From: Minisyncoccota bacterium
Lineage (GTDB): Bacteria; Patescibacteriota; Minisyncoccia; Phycocordibacterales; UBA2100
Assembly: GCA_022842645.1 (NCBI GenBank)
Contig: JALHPE010000001.1
Coordinates: forward strand, 135,711 to 199,710
Reading direction: 5' to 3'
Length of the DNA stretch: 64,000 nucleotides
Shown: piece after piece, positions 17,782-28,109 of the stretch
How positions within the stretch are numbered: position 1 is the stretch's first letter
Layout of the letters: each line of letters opens with the position of its first letter
Notes under the pieces: model-generated
Seen by the model: the letters and a program-made list of their open reading frames with translations, nothing else
What the model was told of the DNA's origin: nothing
Database searches by the model: none
Program-made: the position numbers and the translations under genes

Positions 17782-19089
17782 TTAAAAAACGGGTACGACG
17801 ATAAAGACGATGTTCCCTTCATATGCGCCCGCCTCCTGTAGATTGCGCGCCTCAACTTTGTACACAATGTCAGTGCGTTTGTCGGTCGCGGGCCCTGCGT
17901 TATAGGCGATTTCTTTCGGGGTGTTCGTGAAGGCAGCATACGTATCGTTTGCAGCAAAACGCGTTGAGCCTCCGCCGAGCACATCTTCGCCAGCGTGGTA
18001 GCCGAAACATCCAGCGGCACCTCCACCGCATGCACTCGTCCACCCTGCCGGACTTTCATTTGTTGCGGCAACCGGATCAATTTCTGCACTTGGACTGAGG
18101 AGTCCTTGTCTTTGAAGTGCAAAAATCTTGTACCCTTGGCTCGCATTGGTGGAAACAGAAAGACGGTGCGCCGCTTCAACGGGAGTGCTCAGAAGGAGTG
18201 CCCCAAACGGCACGCCGGTTGCGGTTGTTTCAACATCAGTCGATATGCCCTCAGTTGATGTTGCCGCTGGCAAGCCATCGATTGAGAACGAGAGTTCAGC
18301 GCCACCAGTAGTGAGACTCGGATATGCTCCCGCAGAAACAAACGGTACCGTTGAACTACTTGCCACGTCAAAAAGTCGAAAGAAATACACAGTATTTCCA
18401 TTCGCACCCGATTCTTCAATCGTAAATTCATATTCAACGGTTGAACTTGCTGTGTGCGTTTCGGAACTCGTTGTGGTGCCAGACTCGTTGTGCGTACCAC
18501 ATCCATCACCCACACTTGCGACACAGGCATCGGCGTCTGAGATGAGTGCGCTTGGGATACGCGCCCCGTCGACGCCTCCCCCGCTTGCGTAACACCAGCT
18601 AGAAACACCCGTACAATCACCCGTTTCTGCGACGAATGTACCACCCGAAGAAAATGATGAAGAGGTTGCAAATTGGAGACGGAACTTTGCACCAGCGAGT
18701 CCGATGCCTGCCTGATCAACAACGGTGATGCGTAATTTAACGACACCCGTCACATTGGTTGGCGCTACACTCTCTCCTGCGAGCGGCGTCAGTGGCGTTA
18801 CATTTTCCGCGTCATCGTACCAGCGCCAGAGAGACGACTGCGGAACAAAGGTCTCAAAGAAAAGATATCCGGCGTTTAGAAGAAAATTGGTGCTCGTGGC
18901 TTCGGTCGTTGCAATGTCATTTCCACTTTGCAGTGTTTCAAAACTCGTGGATGTGCCCGTGCCCCCAAAATCATTTGCGGAAGGCGTACGGATCATAAAA
19001 TTATTGCTCGAGTAATCATCGGCAAACACAGGAGCCGCAAGCGCCAGAAGAAGCGCAATCGCGAGTCCTTGTTTAACCCTCAGTGTCAT
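17782..19089 (-). CDS. Secreted WxL/pilin-like protein (C-terminal module type A) with Cys-containing N-terminal domain
   Basis: Signal peptide; C-terminus LQEAGAYEGNIVFIVVPVF aligns by eye with the 14013 gene. Confidence 0.7.
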   Translation of the reverse strand: MTLRVKQGLAIALLLALAAPVFADDYSSNNFMIRTPSANDFGGTGTSTSFETLQSGNDIATTEATSTNFLLNAGYLFFETFVPQSSLWRWYDDAENVTPLTPLAGESVAPTNVTGVVKLRITVVDQAGIGLAGAKFRLQFATSSSFSSGGTFVAETGDCTGVSSWCYASGGGVDGARIPSALISDADACVASVGDGCGTHNESGTTTSSETHTASSTVEYEFTIEESGANGNTVYFFRLFDVASSSTVPFVSAGAYPSLTTGGAELSFSIDGLPAATSTEGISTDVETTATGVPFGALLLSTPVEAAHRLSVSTNASQGYKIFALQRQGLLSPSAEIDPVAATNESPAGWTSACGGGAAGCFGYHAGEDVLGGGSTRFAANDTYAAFTNTPKEIAYNAGPATDKRTDIVYKVEARNLQEAGAYEGNIVFIVVPVF

Positions 19090-19091
19090 AG

Positions 19092-19532
19092 TTACTGCGC
19101 AATCGGCGCAACCTCAAGGAGTCTATCGATGTTCGGGTCATAGAGATACGCCTTGCGTGCCTGTGCATAGATCAAGACGACGTCGCCCACTTTCGCGTTA
19201 GCAAAAAATGTTTGCTCGGCGAGTTTGGACGGATCAGAAACTGTCGCGATTGTTGGCTCTTCTCCCTCCGGGAGCACGATAAGCTTCCCCACACGCTCAA
19301 CTATTGAAAGCTCCTTTTCTGGCGTTTCTTCTCTCACTGCCGGGGCTTCTGATGCTGAGTCGTTTCGTACAACATACCAATAGATTGAAGCGCCGAGGAC
19401 AAGAAACACACAGACGCTAATGACTAATGTCGGATTACGCTTTCTCCGACGACGCGGAGGTGGTGGCATAGGCGGCATTGCCGGAGGTGCGGGTTCATTT
19501 TTTAAACTTACAATCAGTGGATCTCGTGCCAT
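19092..19532 (-). CDS. Single-TM protein with Pro/Arg-rich cytoplasmic N-terminus and small extracellular domain
   Basis: PPPPRRRRKR, TM, then VGKLIVLPEGEEPTIATV..FFANAKVGDVVLIY. Confidence 0.8.
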   Translation of the reverse strand: MARDPLIVSLKNEPAPPAMPPMPPPPRRRRKRNPTLVISVCVFLVLGASIYWYVVRNDSASEAPAVREETPEKELSIVERVGKLIVLPEGEEPTIATVSDPSKLAEQTFFANAKVGDVVLIYAQARKAYLYDPNIDRLLEVAPIAQ

Positions 19533-19551
19533 ATTAGTAGTGTCTCATATT

Positions 19552-22500
19552 CTATTCGGTGGGCGGGCTCGCCTCAGGAACTTCTGATTCGGGAGTTGGC
19601 GGTATATCTGCTGAAGGAGATGCTGAGACGGATGGAGCCTCGGGAGTTTCACTCGACGCTTCTCCACCTATCGGTGGATTCTCTCCCGCAGATGGTGGGG
19701 GAACAATCTCTTCAATGGGGCCGGTCATATCTTCTTCGCTCAGCGTCTCATACTCAGGAACATCCGTAATTTCCAAGAGCGAACGAACATCTTCTTTGGT
19801 AAGACACTGATCATCAATACAGATCTCATTCTTCGCTTTAACGGTGTCAACAAAGATCGCACCAATGCCGTTTGTTGCACTCGCAAACCACTCGGCAATA
19901 TGCGTCAGAATGGAGGCAATAAATGATTGTTCCCCTGTGCGCGGAGTTGTGCTTGCGGTCGAGGTTGCGATGGATGTTGCAACTCCGTCGGTTGAGGATG
20001 CGGAAGATGTGGCAAATTCAGTCGAAGCGATTCCAAACGCATTTTGAAGACGCACAGAGATTGCGTGCATGACACCATCAACGAAATCAAATTGCTCGGT
20101 ACTCGTCGCGATCACGCGTAAGCCCTCCATGTCGCCGAGAAGCGCGAGTCCCAAAGCATCAATCTCAATACCGCGCTGCAGATCAACAAAGAGCATCACT
20201 GTTGCTTCCTCCTGCGTGCCGTCGTATGCCGAAAGTGCGATACCCACAGTATCATCAAAGACATTTGCTTTGCGCCCGACACCCGCTTCAGACGAGAGTG
20301 CGATACGATCCCCCACTTCGATTACACCTCCTTCAAGATTTACTTTTGTCGGAATTCTTCCGGCGAGCGCAACAGGACGCTGACCAACTTGATCTTTTTC
20401 TCCGAGCACAATTCCTGGAGCTGTGGCGACAATGCCAACAAGTGGTCGCTTCACTTCTTCCAAAGCGCGCGTGACTACAAGTGGAGAAGATGTATCAAAC
20501 GCCACAATGTCTCCTGGTCCGATAGATGGATCGGTGACTGGATAATTCTCTGCAAGGTCGGCACCACTCGTAACTGTGGTGTACTCATAGATAACGACAC
20601 AACCGACGCCGCCCACAGTGCCTGTCCCATTACTCCCACCACCACCACCACCACACGCCCCCGCGGCCCCAGCAGCACCTGCCCCTACACCACCAGCACC
20701 ACCCACACCACCACGCGGAGCATCGCCTCCGGCGCCTCCAATACCAATTGCGGTGTCGCCATAACCACCTGAATCTCCGTTCATATTGAGATCCCCTCCA
20801 GAACCAATGCCCCCGGCACCCCCCGCTCCGTCAGCACCGTTTGCACGCACACCTCCGCCGCCACCAGTAGATGTTGCAGACCCGGCGAACGCTGATGTGC
20901 CGCCAGCACCACCGCTTGCAGAGGCGGTAACTGTGCCAGCTGCACCAATTTGAATGAATGGCGTTGTGGTGCCAGCAAGTTCGCTCACGGTAAATTGCTC
21001 CATCGCATAGCCACCAGATCCGCCACCGCCAGTACCATCGCCAGTACCATCGCCATCGCCACCGCCACCGCCACCGCCCCAAACCTCAACAACAATGTAC
21101 GACATGCCGTTTGGCTTCGTATACGCCTGACTTGTAGTAAATGTATTCACTGCAGTGAGTTTTACGACGGTGTCGGTGATACACGCTCCATTCACTGAAA
21201 AACATCCGCCTGTAATATTGATGCCATTTGCAAATGTTGAAGTGCCAGTTGTGATATTGAGCGCACGCCCTTCGATGCCACCCGCAAACGTTGACGTTGC
21301 ATTTGTTTCCCCACGAATCGTGGTGGTCGCTGTGCGTCCCACCGCAACAAAATCATTTGCCGAAAGTGCAGTTGTAGAAGCGCCTCCCCCAAATCGCTGC
21401 AAACCACTCCAGATGTTTGCATTCGCAAGATTTAACCCAAGCGTTGCGCTTGCAAGTTGCAGCGACGAGCCGACGGTAGTGGTCGCAAGTGCACCGGTGC
21501 CATTTCCAGTAAGAAGCGTGCCTGATTGGATATTCCCCCACCCCGTGCCGCCCCGAGAAACTCCGAGCATGCCGAGCCAATTCATCGCAAAGGTGTGCGC
21601 ATTACCAGCGGATGTGATGGTAATCCCAATGTTTGCATCACTTGATGAAGCAAATGTTTGCGTCGCCCCTGTTTGAGGTTGCCCCGGAGCGCCAAGCGAT
21701 GAAATGCCAGAGCCAGAGGCACCCGCATCGACTCCGCATGAAAATTGCCCCGTGAGGGAATTCCACAAAAGCTTATCCCCCGAAGTATCACATCCAAGAA
21801 GTCCTGCGCCGCGAAAGGCGTTGGTAAAGAGAAGTGACGACGTTGCATTTCGTGACGTGAAGTCCTGGAACGTCGAAGATGCAGTTACTAAAAGATTTGT
21901 TGTTGTTGCAGCAGAGAGTGTGGTATTGCCTGTCACATTCAACGCCCCTGCGACTACAACATTCCCTGCCGTATCAATGGTTGTTGTCGCCGTTTCTCCA
22001 AAATATGCGCGCCCTGCTGACAAAGCACTCGACGACGCAAGGGCAAAATTCTGACGCGCTGTCCAAGTGTTTGCGTTTCCCGTGTTGAGAGCGAGTGTGC
22101 CCCCGGAGAGTTGGAGCGATGAGCCGATGGTAGTGGTAGCAAGTGCTCCTGTTCCGTTTCCAGTAAGAAGCGTGCCTGATTGGATATTCCCCCACCCCGT
22201 GCCGCCATTTGCTACTTGTAGAATACCGTTCACATCGCTTGCGAGGTCAACAAGTGTCGCACTAATGGCTCCTGCCGTTGCACGAAGAATACCCGTAAGA
22301 TTGCCCACCGAAAGCGAGCCGAAAAATCCTTGTGTCGAAGACGCGTACGATGCAGAGATGTTTGTTGTAGAGGCGTTGCCGAATGTTTGGAGTGCAGTGA
22401 AGGTGTTGGCAGTGTAGGTCTTCGGAATGGTTGTTGATGATGAGACAAAGAAGTTGGCGCTGGTGGTGGAGAAGAAGTTGCGCTGCGTTTGCCAGTAGTC

Positions 22501-25500
22501 GTTGGAGGTGGTGGAGAACGCTAAGCCGAGGGATGCGAAGTTTGTTGCTGATGTGGTGGAGAAGCTGTTCGCGAGATAGAAACTTCCTTCTTGACCATCG
22601 AAGGTGCCGGACCAGTTGCCGGTCACGTCGAGATATGAAGCAGCGAGGGATGTGGTCGCATACACACGACCTGTTGCGTCAGTTGCAAGGAGTGCGGAAG
22701 GAAGATTGGTAATACCGAGGTTTGAGGTGGTGGCGCTCGTGAAGCGCGCATTTGTTGCAAAGAGATTCGTTGAGGTAGCGTTCGTTGAGGTGGAGAAGGT
22801 CGAGGAGAGTGCGGTGATGGAAGATGATGCGTTTGCGATGAGGCCGCCGTTGAATGAAAGGAGTGTGTTTGTTGCGTTTCCTGGGAAGAGGTAGCCGAAG
22901 GTTGCGTAGTCAGTGCCTGCGACTGCGAGTGAGACATTCCCCTGTCCATCAACGCGCAGGAGTCCGTTCTGAAGACCAGAGACGACGAGGTTTGTTGTGG
23001 AAGCGTAGGTGGTGGAGAAGAGTGTTGAGGAGGCGTTGCCGAAGGTTTGGAGTGCAGTGAAGGTGTTGGCAGTGTAGGTCTTCGGAATCGTTGTTGATGA
23101 TGAGACAAAGAAGTTGGCACTGGTTGTGGAGAAGAAGTTGCGCTGCGTTTGCCAGAAGTCGTTGGAGGTGGTGGAGAACGCAAGACCGAGAGATGAGAAA
23201 TGGAGTGCAGATGTGGTTGAAAAGATTCCCTGGATACCGAGCGTCGAGGTTCCCATGAGGGTATACGCACCGAGTCCGTCGCCGACGAGTAATTGCCCGT
23301 ATGTCGGCACAGTTGTAGTGCCAGTGCCGCCGCTCGTCACGCCGAGCTCACCAGTAAAAGGACCATATTCATAGACAACGACCGTGCCCGTGCCACCGGC
23401 ACCTCCCGTTGCACCGGTATCCACGTCTTCACAAGACGCGCCGCCGCCGCCGGCACCATACGCACCTGCCGTTGCTCCAGCTGTACATACGTTTCCACCG
23501 TCTTGTCCACCACGACCGCCGCCGCCCCAGTAACTGCTACCACCAAGACCTCCAAAGACGACTTCAGCGAGACAATCGCCAATATGTCCGTCGCCACCGC
23601 TCACATTAAGATCACCGGAGCTTGCGCTACCGCCGGTGCCTGCTGTACCCCAAGAACCAGCCGCACACGCTGCATTCACGGCAGAGCCGCCGCCGCCAAC
23701 ACCACCATTTGCAATTGCAAACGTACTAAAACGCGATTGCCCACCGGTGCCACCGGTTCCTCCCGTGTTTGATCCGGCAGTTCCCGCAGAACCCACTGAA
23801 ATTTGCACCGACGTTGTTGCGACAACGTCGACGACAACGATAGAGGATGCGCCCGCGCCACCGCCGCCACCAACTGTTTCGTTCGCGACGTCTGCAGCCG
23901 GAGCATCGGCACCGCCACCGCCACCGCCACCGCCGGTCACGACCACGTGCGCAATCGTGGCCCCTGGTGAGGGTGTATATGTTGTGACCCCGGGAGTCGT
24001 AAACGTTCGGATAGCAACCAAAACACCACTTCCTTCTCCCCCTCCCCCGCCCGCACCCAAACACACACCATTTACTGCGACGCAGCCCTGTCCTATATTG
24101 ATACCATTCGCAAACGTAGAAGTTGCCGACACCGATGTGACGTTCAATACCGAAGCTTGCAGTCCTCCTGCAAACGTTGATGTACCCGCACCAAGTACCG
24201 CGAGCAGCCCCGTCGTCGTCGCGCCTCCACTAATCGTGAGTCCTCCTGCTTGCGTACCCGAGCCAATGGTTGAGGATGCGTAGATGCCAAGACCAGTTGT
24301 GGTGGCATTGTTTGGGAAGAGGTATGCAAATGTTGGAAGTCCGAGTGAGGAAGTGGCAGTGAGTGTGTAGCCACCGGATGCGTTCCCGACAAGCATCTGA
24401 CCGAAGGTTGGCGCTGCGGTGAGTCCGGTGCCGCCGTAGAGGACACCGATGGACGTCGTCGCAGACACCACACCATTGCGTGCATCAAGTGGACCATTCA
24501 GTCCGGTGAGTGTGAGTGCGTTTGAGGTGAGGCCACCCGTGAATGATTGTGCGGCAGTGAAAGTATTAGCCGTATACGTCTTCGGAATCGTTGAAGACGA
24601 GTGGACGAAGTGTTGTGCGGAAGTTGTGGAGAAGAAGTATCCCTTATCGAGAGCATTGAGGAAGGTTTGGACACGGGAGTCGGTGTAGTAGAGGTTGGCT
24701 CCTTCTGCGACGTGGGTGGTCAGGAGTCCCAGTGTGGATGTGGAGAGTTGTTGCCAGCCAGTCCCTGCGTAATTCCCTAGGAGAATACCTGCTGCGGAGA
24801 TGCTTGAAAGACCGGTGCCACCACGATTCGCTGCGAGAGTACCAGCGGTGTCAGCGAGTGCGATACCAAGTGTTGAAGTTGCAAAGTCAGTCCACGTGGA
24901 ACCGTTCCACGCAAAGAGGTCCCCATAGTTCTCCGTCATTGCCGCGACATCGTTTAACTCTTCAATGCTGTTGTTAGTGAGATCGTCTGCGGTGCGTGCG
25001 GTTTGCTGGGTTTCCCAGTAGTCGACAGAAGTCGTGCTGAAGAAATTATTCACAGATTTCCAGTAATCACTGGATGTTGTTGAGAATGTAAGACCAAGAG
25101 ACGTGAAATGTGCGGCACTTGTCGTTGAGAAGAAGTTGTTGACCGATTTCCAGTAGTCGTTTGAAGTCGTGCTGAATGCGAGGCCGAGTGATGAGAAGTA
25201 TGAGGCGCTTGAAGTTGAGAAGAAGTTTCTTTGTGTCTGCCAGTAATCTGCAGACGTTGTCGAGAAGCCTGAAAGATTTGCTTGGGATATGTAGTAATCA
25301 GTGGATGTTGTTGAGAAAAAGTTGTTCACACTTTTCCAGTAATCGTTAGAGGTAGTGGAGAACGCGAGACCTTGCGAAGAAAAGAACGAGGCGGACGTGG
25401 TGGAAAAGGTACCCGTGATGCCGAGCGACGATGTCGCGACAAGATCGTAGCCACCGATCGCATTACCCAAAAGAAGCTGACCATATGTCGGTGCTGTTGA

Positions 25501-27543
25501 AATGCCGGTGCCGCCGTTTGAGATTCCCAAAATTCCTGTCACATCACTCCCGAGATTGACAAGTGTGCTCGTAATAGCCCCACCTGTCGCACGCAGAATG
25601 CCCGTGAGATTCCCAATTGAGAGCGAACCAAAAAAACCTTGCGTTGACGAAGCATAGCTTGTAGAAATTCTCGTCGCCGATGCATTTTCGAGCGTGAGTT
25701 TGTTGGTGAGTGCGAGCGCGTATGACGATGAGGCAAGCGTGATGGCCCCAGTTGATGTCGAGAAATCCCAGTACCCCGAGATGCCGCCCTGCGAACCGCC
25801 ATATTCTTCAAGGACGATCGCCGCGTCAATGTATTTAGGAAATACTAACACTGAAATTTGTCCTGTACCCGGACCATTCCAGTTCTCGAGCGCCTGCCCC
25901 AAGGTAAAACCTGAGCCCATAAGCTTCACACCAACACCCGCCGTTGTGCTCGCCGCAATGAAATCTCCGGCGCCAATAATGCCATTCGCATCACTCACTG
26001 TTGTTTCAATCACACCCGCAAAACCAACTACGTACGCATTCGGCACACCCTCCAAGTTGGCATTTGCCACAAATGCGGGGTTATCTGAAATAACACCGAT
26101 GAGCGATTGTCCCGCAACAGCACGCTGGTATTCACCGTCTGAATTGAGCGAAACCAGGTCGCCAACACTTGCCGACGAATTGAGCACCATATATTCGGCA
26201 AAGTCTGCAGCACCCGAAGTTTGTGTGATGCCAGTCCCCGCAGTTGAGAGACGGAGAGAGCCAACGCCGCGCCCGCCCGTATCAGCATTATCAGGAACAC
26301 CCGCAAAATACTCGATGAAGCGCGGGCATGTCGTGCCCGAAGTACATGTTGTTCCAAACGCCGTTCGAAGATTGAGGCGGAGCACGTTCGTGCCGGAACT
26401 GAGCGTCGGATTTGAATTTGAAACCGCGAGCACGGCCGTGCCCGTTGCACTCGTCGCCGCAGTTGTCGAACCAAGAATAGAAAATTGATATGAGGATGTA
26501 TCGAGTCCTACACGAAACGGACCCGCAAACGACGATGTTGCCGTTGAAGTGGCAATGATGTTACCCGTGAGAAAACGTCCTTGCGCGGTTGTTGAGGCAA
26601 GGTTTGCGCTTGTCGTTGCGGTTATGTCCCCAAAGAGTCCTGAGAGCGATGCGAGCGTAGAAGCAAAAAGGCTGGTGGTTGTTGCGTTGGTCGTGGTTGC
26701 ATTCGTTCCAATGATATTGGTGGCGGTGAGATTGGTGATCGTCGCCACAGCAGCAACAAGAGAATTGACAATTATGTTCGTGAAGCGTCCAAGTGTTGAA
26801 AAAAGCGTTGTCGATGTTGCATGTGTTGTTGTTGCTGCAGCAGCTGTCACTCCACCAGCGAGTGTCAAATTACCCTGCGCAGTAATTTTGTTTGCCGCAC
26901 TGAAAAATTGGATGTCCCCTGTTGCCTGCCCCCCACCCTGGAGCGTGAGGGCGTTTGTGGTCGTTGCGTTAATAAAAGGATTTGTGCCGCCAAGAATGAG
27001 ATTGCCGGACGCAAGAACTGGAATTTGATTCCCACTTGCATACTGTGCCGCCGAAAAACCACCGACCATTGAAGCATTAATGGCATAGCCCGAGGCGAGA
27101 ATGCGCTGACGTGGTGAGAATGTTTCGAACGATTCCGCGCCGTCCCCCGGAGCACAGGTCGCACCTACTTTCGTTGCTACTTCAACATTTAAATATGCGG
27201 CGTCGGTATCCTGAAAATTAAAATCGAGCACGTCGCCCCCGATATTCGTGTCGCCAATACCCACCGTGAACACACCGTTACGAACCGGCGCGGTCATCGT
27301 TGAGGGAGCGGAAGCAGGCCACAGTTTTGTACCAGAACCAACTGTGGGAACGTCATAGAAAGAAAACTTGAAACAATACTCGGTGCCCGTGCCTCCAAGA
27401 AGCGTCCCCCCACTCGAAAGAAGACGTCCCTGGTAATTGAGCATCCGCGGCACCCCAGGCGCCGCAAATACGGGAAGCACAGGAATTAGCACTCCAAGAA
27501 GGCAGAGGACGCCTACCCAATAACGCACGCATTTATTCAACAT
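19552..27543 (-). CDS. Giant S/T/G-rich secreted tail-fibre/adhesin-like protein (~2660 aa) with Gly-rich domains and two putative autocleaving chaperone (peptidase G2/IMC-like) domains
   Basis: Uninterrupted 8-kb ORF; signal peptide; LNYQGRL N-terminal domain; GAADFAEY and GADLAENY motifs; GGTG and FSTTS repeats; two GGGGGGG domains. Confidence 0.85.
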   Translation of the reverse strand: MLNKCVRYWVGVLCLLGVLIPVLPVFAAPGVPRMLNYQGRLLSSGGTLLGGTGTEYCFKFSFYDVPTVGSGTKLWPASAPSTMTAPVRNGVFTVGIGDTNIGGDVLDFNFQDTDAAYLNVEVATKVGATCAPGDGAESFETFSPRQRILASGYAINASMVGGFSAAQYASGNQIPVLASGNLILGGTNPFINATTTNALTLQGGGQATGDIQFFSAANKITAQGNLTLAGGVTAAAATTTHATSTTLFSTLGRFTNIIVNSLVAAVATITNLTATNIIGTNATTTNATTTSLFASTLASLSGLFGDITATTSANLASTTAQGRFLTGNIIATSTATSSFAGPFRVGLDTSSYQFSILGSTTAATSATGTAVLAVSNSNPTLSSGTNVLRLNLRTAFGTTCTSGTTCPRFIEYFAGVPDNADTGGRGVGSLRLSTAGTGITQTSGAADFAEYMVLNSSASVGDLVSLNSDGEYQRAVAGQSLIGVISDNPAFVANANLEGVPNAYVVGFAGVIETTVSDANGIIGAGDFIAASTTAGVGVKLMGSGFTLGQALENWNGPGTGQISVLVFPKYIDAAIVLEEYGGSQGGISGYWDFSTSTGAITLASSSYALALTNKLTLENASATRISTSYASSTQGFFGSLSIGNLTGILRATGGAITSTLVNLGSDVTGILGISNGGTGISTAPTYGQLLLGNAIGGYDLVATSSLGITGTFSTTSASFFSSQGLAFSTTSNDYWKSVNNFFSTTSTDYYISQANLSGFSTTSADYWQTQRNFFSTSSASYFSSLGLAFSTTSNDYWKSVNNFFSTTSAAHFTSLGLTFSTTSSDYWKSVNNFFSTTSVDYWETQQTARTADDLTNNSIEELNDVAAMTENYGDLFAWNGSTWTDFATSTLGIALADTAGTLAANRGGTGLSSISAAGILLGNYAGTGWQQLSTSTLGLLTTHVAEGANLYYTDSRVQTFLNALDKGYFFSTTSAQHFVHSSSTIPKTYTANTFTAAQSFTGGLTSNALTLTGLNGPLDARNGVVSATTSIGVLYGGTGLTAAPTFGQMLVGNASGGYTLTATSSLGLPTFAYLFPNNATTTGLGIYASSTIGSGTQAGGLTISGGATTTGLLAVLGAGTSTFAGGLQASVLNVTSVSATSTFANGINIGQGCVAVNGVCLGAGGGGGEGSGVLVAIRTFTTPGVTTYTPSPGATIAHVVVTGGGGGGGGADAPAADVANETVGGGGGAGASSIVVVDVVATTSVQISVGSAGTAGSNTGGTGGTGGQSRFSTFAIANGGVGGGGSAVNAACAAGSWGTAGTGGSASSGDLNVSGGDGHIGDCLAEVVFGGLGGSSYWGGGGRGGQDGGNVCTAGATAGAYGAGGGGASCEDVDTGATGGAGGTGTVVVYEYGPFTGELGVTSGGTGTTTVPTYGQLLVGDGLGAYTLMGTSTLGIQGIFSTTSALHFSSLGLAFSTTSNDFWQTQRNFFSTTSANFFVSSSTTIPKTYTANTFTALQTFGNASSTLFSTTYASTTNLVVSGLQNGLLRVDGQGNVSLAVAGTDYATFGYLFPGNATNTLLSFNGGLIANASSSITALSSTFSTSTNATSTNLFATNARFTSATTSNLGITNLPSALLATDATGRVYATTSLAASYLDVTGNWSGTFDGQEGSFYLANSFSTTSATNFASLGLAFSTTSNDYWQTQRNFFSTTSANFFVSSSTTIPKTYTANTFTALQTFGNASTTNISASYASSTQGFFGSLSVGNLTGILRATAGAISATLVDLASDVNGILQVANGGTGWGNIQSGTLLTGNGTGALATTTIGSSLQLSGGTLALNTGNANTWTARQNFALASSSALSAGRAYFGETATTTIDTAGNVVVAGALNVTGNTTLSAATTTNLLVTASSTFQDFTSRNATSSLLFTNAFRGAGLLGCDTSGDKLLWNSLTGQFSCGVDAGASGSGISSLGAPGQPQTGATQTFASSSDANIGITITSAGNAHTFAMNWLGMLGVSRGGTGWGNIQSGTLLTGNGTGALATTTVGSSLQLASATLGLNLANANIWSGLQRFGGGASTTALSANDFVAVGRTATTTIRGETNATSTFAGGIEGRALNITTGTSTFANGINITGGCFSVNGACITDTVVKLTAVNTFTTSQAYTKPNGMSYIVVEVWGGGGGGGDGDGTGDGTGGGGSGGYAMEQFTVSELAGTTTPFIQIGAAGTVTASASGGAGGTSAFAGSATSTGGGGGVRANGADGAGGAGGIGSGGDLNMNGDSGGYGDTAIGIGGAGGDAPRGGVGGAGGVGAGAAGAAGACGGGGGGSNGTGTVGGVGCVVIYEYTTVTSGADLAENYPVTDPSIGPGDIVAFDTSSPLVVTRALEEVKRPLVGIVATAPGIVLGEKDQVGQRPVALAGRIPTKVNLEGGVIEVGDRIALSSEAGVGRKANVFDDTVGIALSAYDGTQEEATVMLFVDLQRGIEIDALGLALLGDMEGLRVIATSTEQFDFVDGVMHAISVRLQNAFGIASTEFATSSASSTDGVATSIATSTASTTPRTGEQSFIASILTHIAEWFASATNGIGAIFVDTVKAKNEICIDDQCLTKEDVRSLLEITDVPEYETLSEEDMTGPIEEIVPPPSAGENPPIGGEASSETPEAPSVSASPSADIPPTPESEVPEASPPTE
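22373..23180 (-). repeat. Near-identical ~150-bp intragenic direct repeat (approx. 22373-22520 and 23033-23180)
   Basis: Both copies encode AFSTTSND.WQTQRNFFSTTSANFFVSSSTTIPKTYTANTFTALQTFGNAS with near-identical DNA. Confidence 0.85.
25015..25410 (-). repeat. In-frame tandem FSTTS repeats (14-16 aa units) within the 2675-aa gene
   Basis: About nine units such as FSTTSNDYWKSVNNF / FSTTSASYFSSLGLA. Confidence 0.85.
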
Positions 27544-27934
27544 AGCCCCTGTTCTGCACTTCTTGCAGATTGCGCGCACTGATACGATTGTCGAGGCTCA
27601 CCGCAAATACATACGCAAGCAATAGAATCACGACTACGAGGAGCACAACACATGTCCAGGCAACCCACGTATAGAGATTCACCAGCGACTCTGGGGTCGT
27701 GAGTACTTTTTTAAGCCGATCACTATATGATGGCTCTTCGGCTTTTTTGTCTTTGTTTTGCTGGTAGGCCTCAAGCGCCTCACGCGTCGTCATCCACGCA
27801 ACGTTTGAGTAGACCTGTTTGCCTTCCAATTTTCCTGCACGAATAAGCTGACCGATATAGTCGGCGCTGTAGCCTGTAATTTGCGCGGCCTCTTTGAGGT
27901 TTATGTATTCGTCCTGCTTCCCCATAGAACTCAT
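27533..27934 (-). CDS. Excisionase/MerR-like helix-turn-helix protein with C-terminal TM helix
   Basis: YINLKEAAQITGYSADYIGQLIRAGKL HTH followed by a 25-aa hydrophobic segment. Confidence 0.8.
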   Translation of the reverse strand: MSSMGKQDEYINLKEAAQITGYSADYIGQLIRAGKLEGKQVYSNVAWMTTREALEAYQQNKDKKAEEPSYSDRLKKVLTTPESLVNLYTWVAWTCVVLLVVVILLLAYVFAVSLDNRISARNLQEVQNRGYVE

Positions 27935-28109
27935 CTCGACCCCCGAGATTTGCCGCGCACAGCACCTCGATACCCGAGATATGGCTTGAAGTATATACCT
28001 TCAGAGGGTCGCATGAAAACAAGCCTCTCCTGACTGTGGACAACTTATTTTCGTATCTTCACGAACAGATCGCATTGTACTTATGCCAAAGCTCGCGTAC
28101 GCTAGAGAT

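Noticed and set aside
25015-25410. Regularly spaced short repeats resembling a CRISPR array
   Set aside because: They are in-frame peptide repeats with synonymous variation inside a long ORF, the spacers are related to each other, and no cas genes are present
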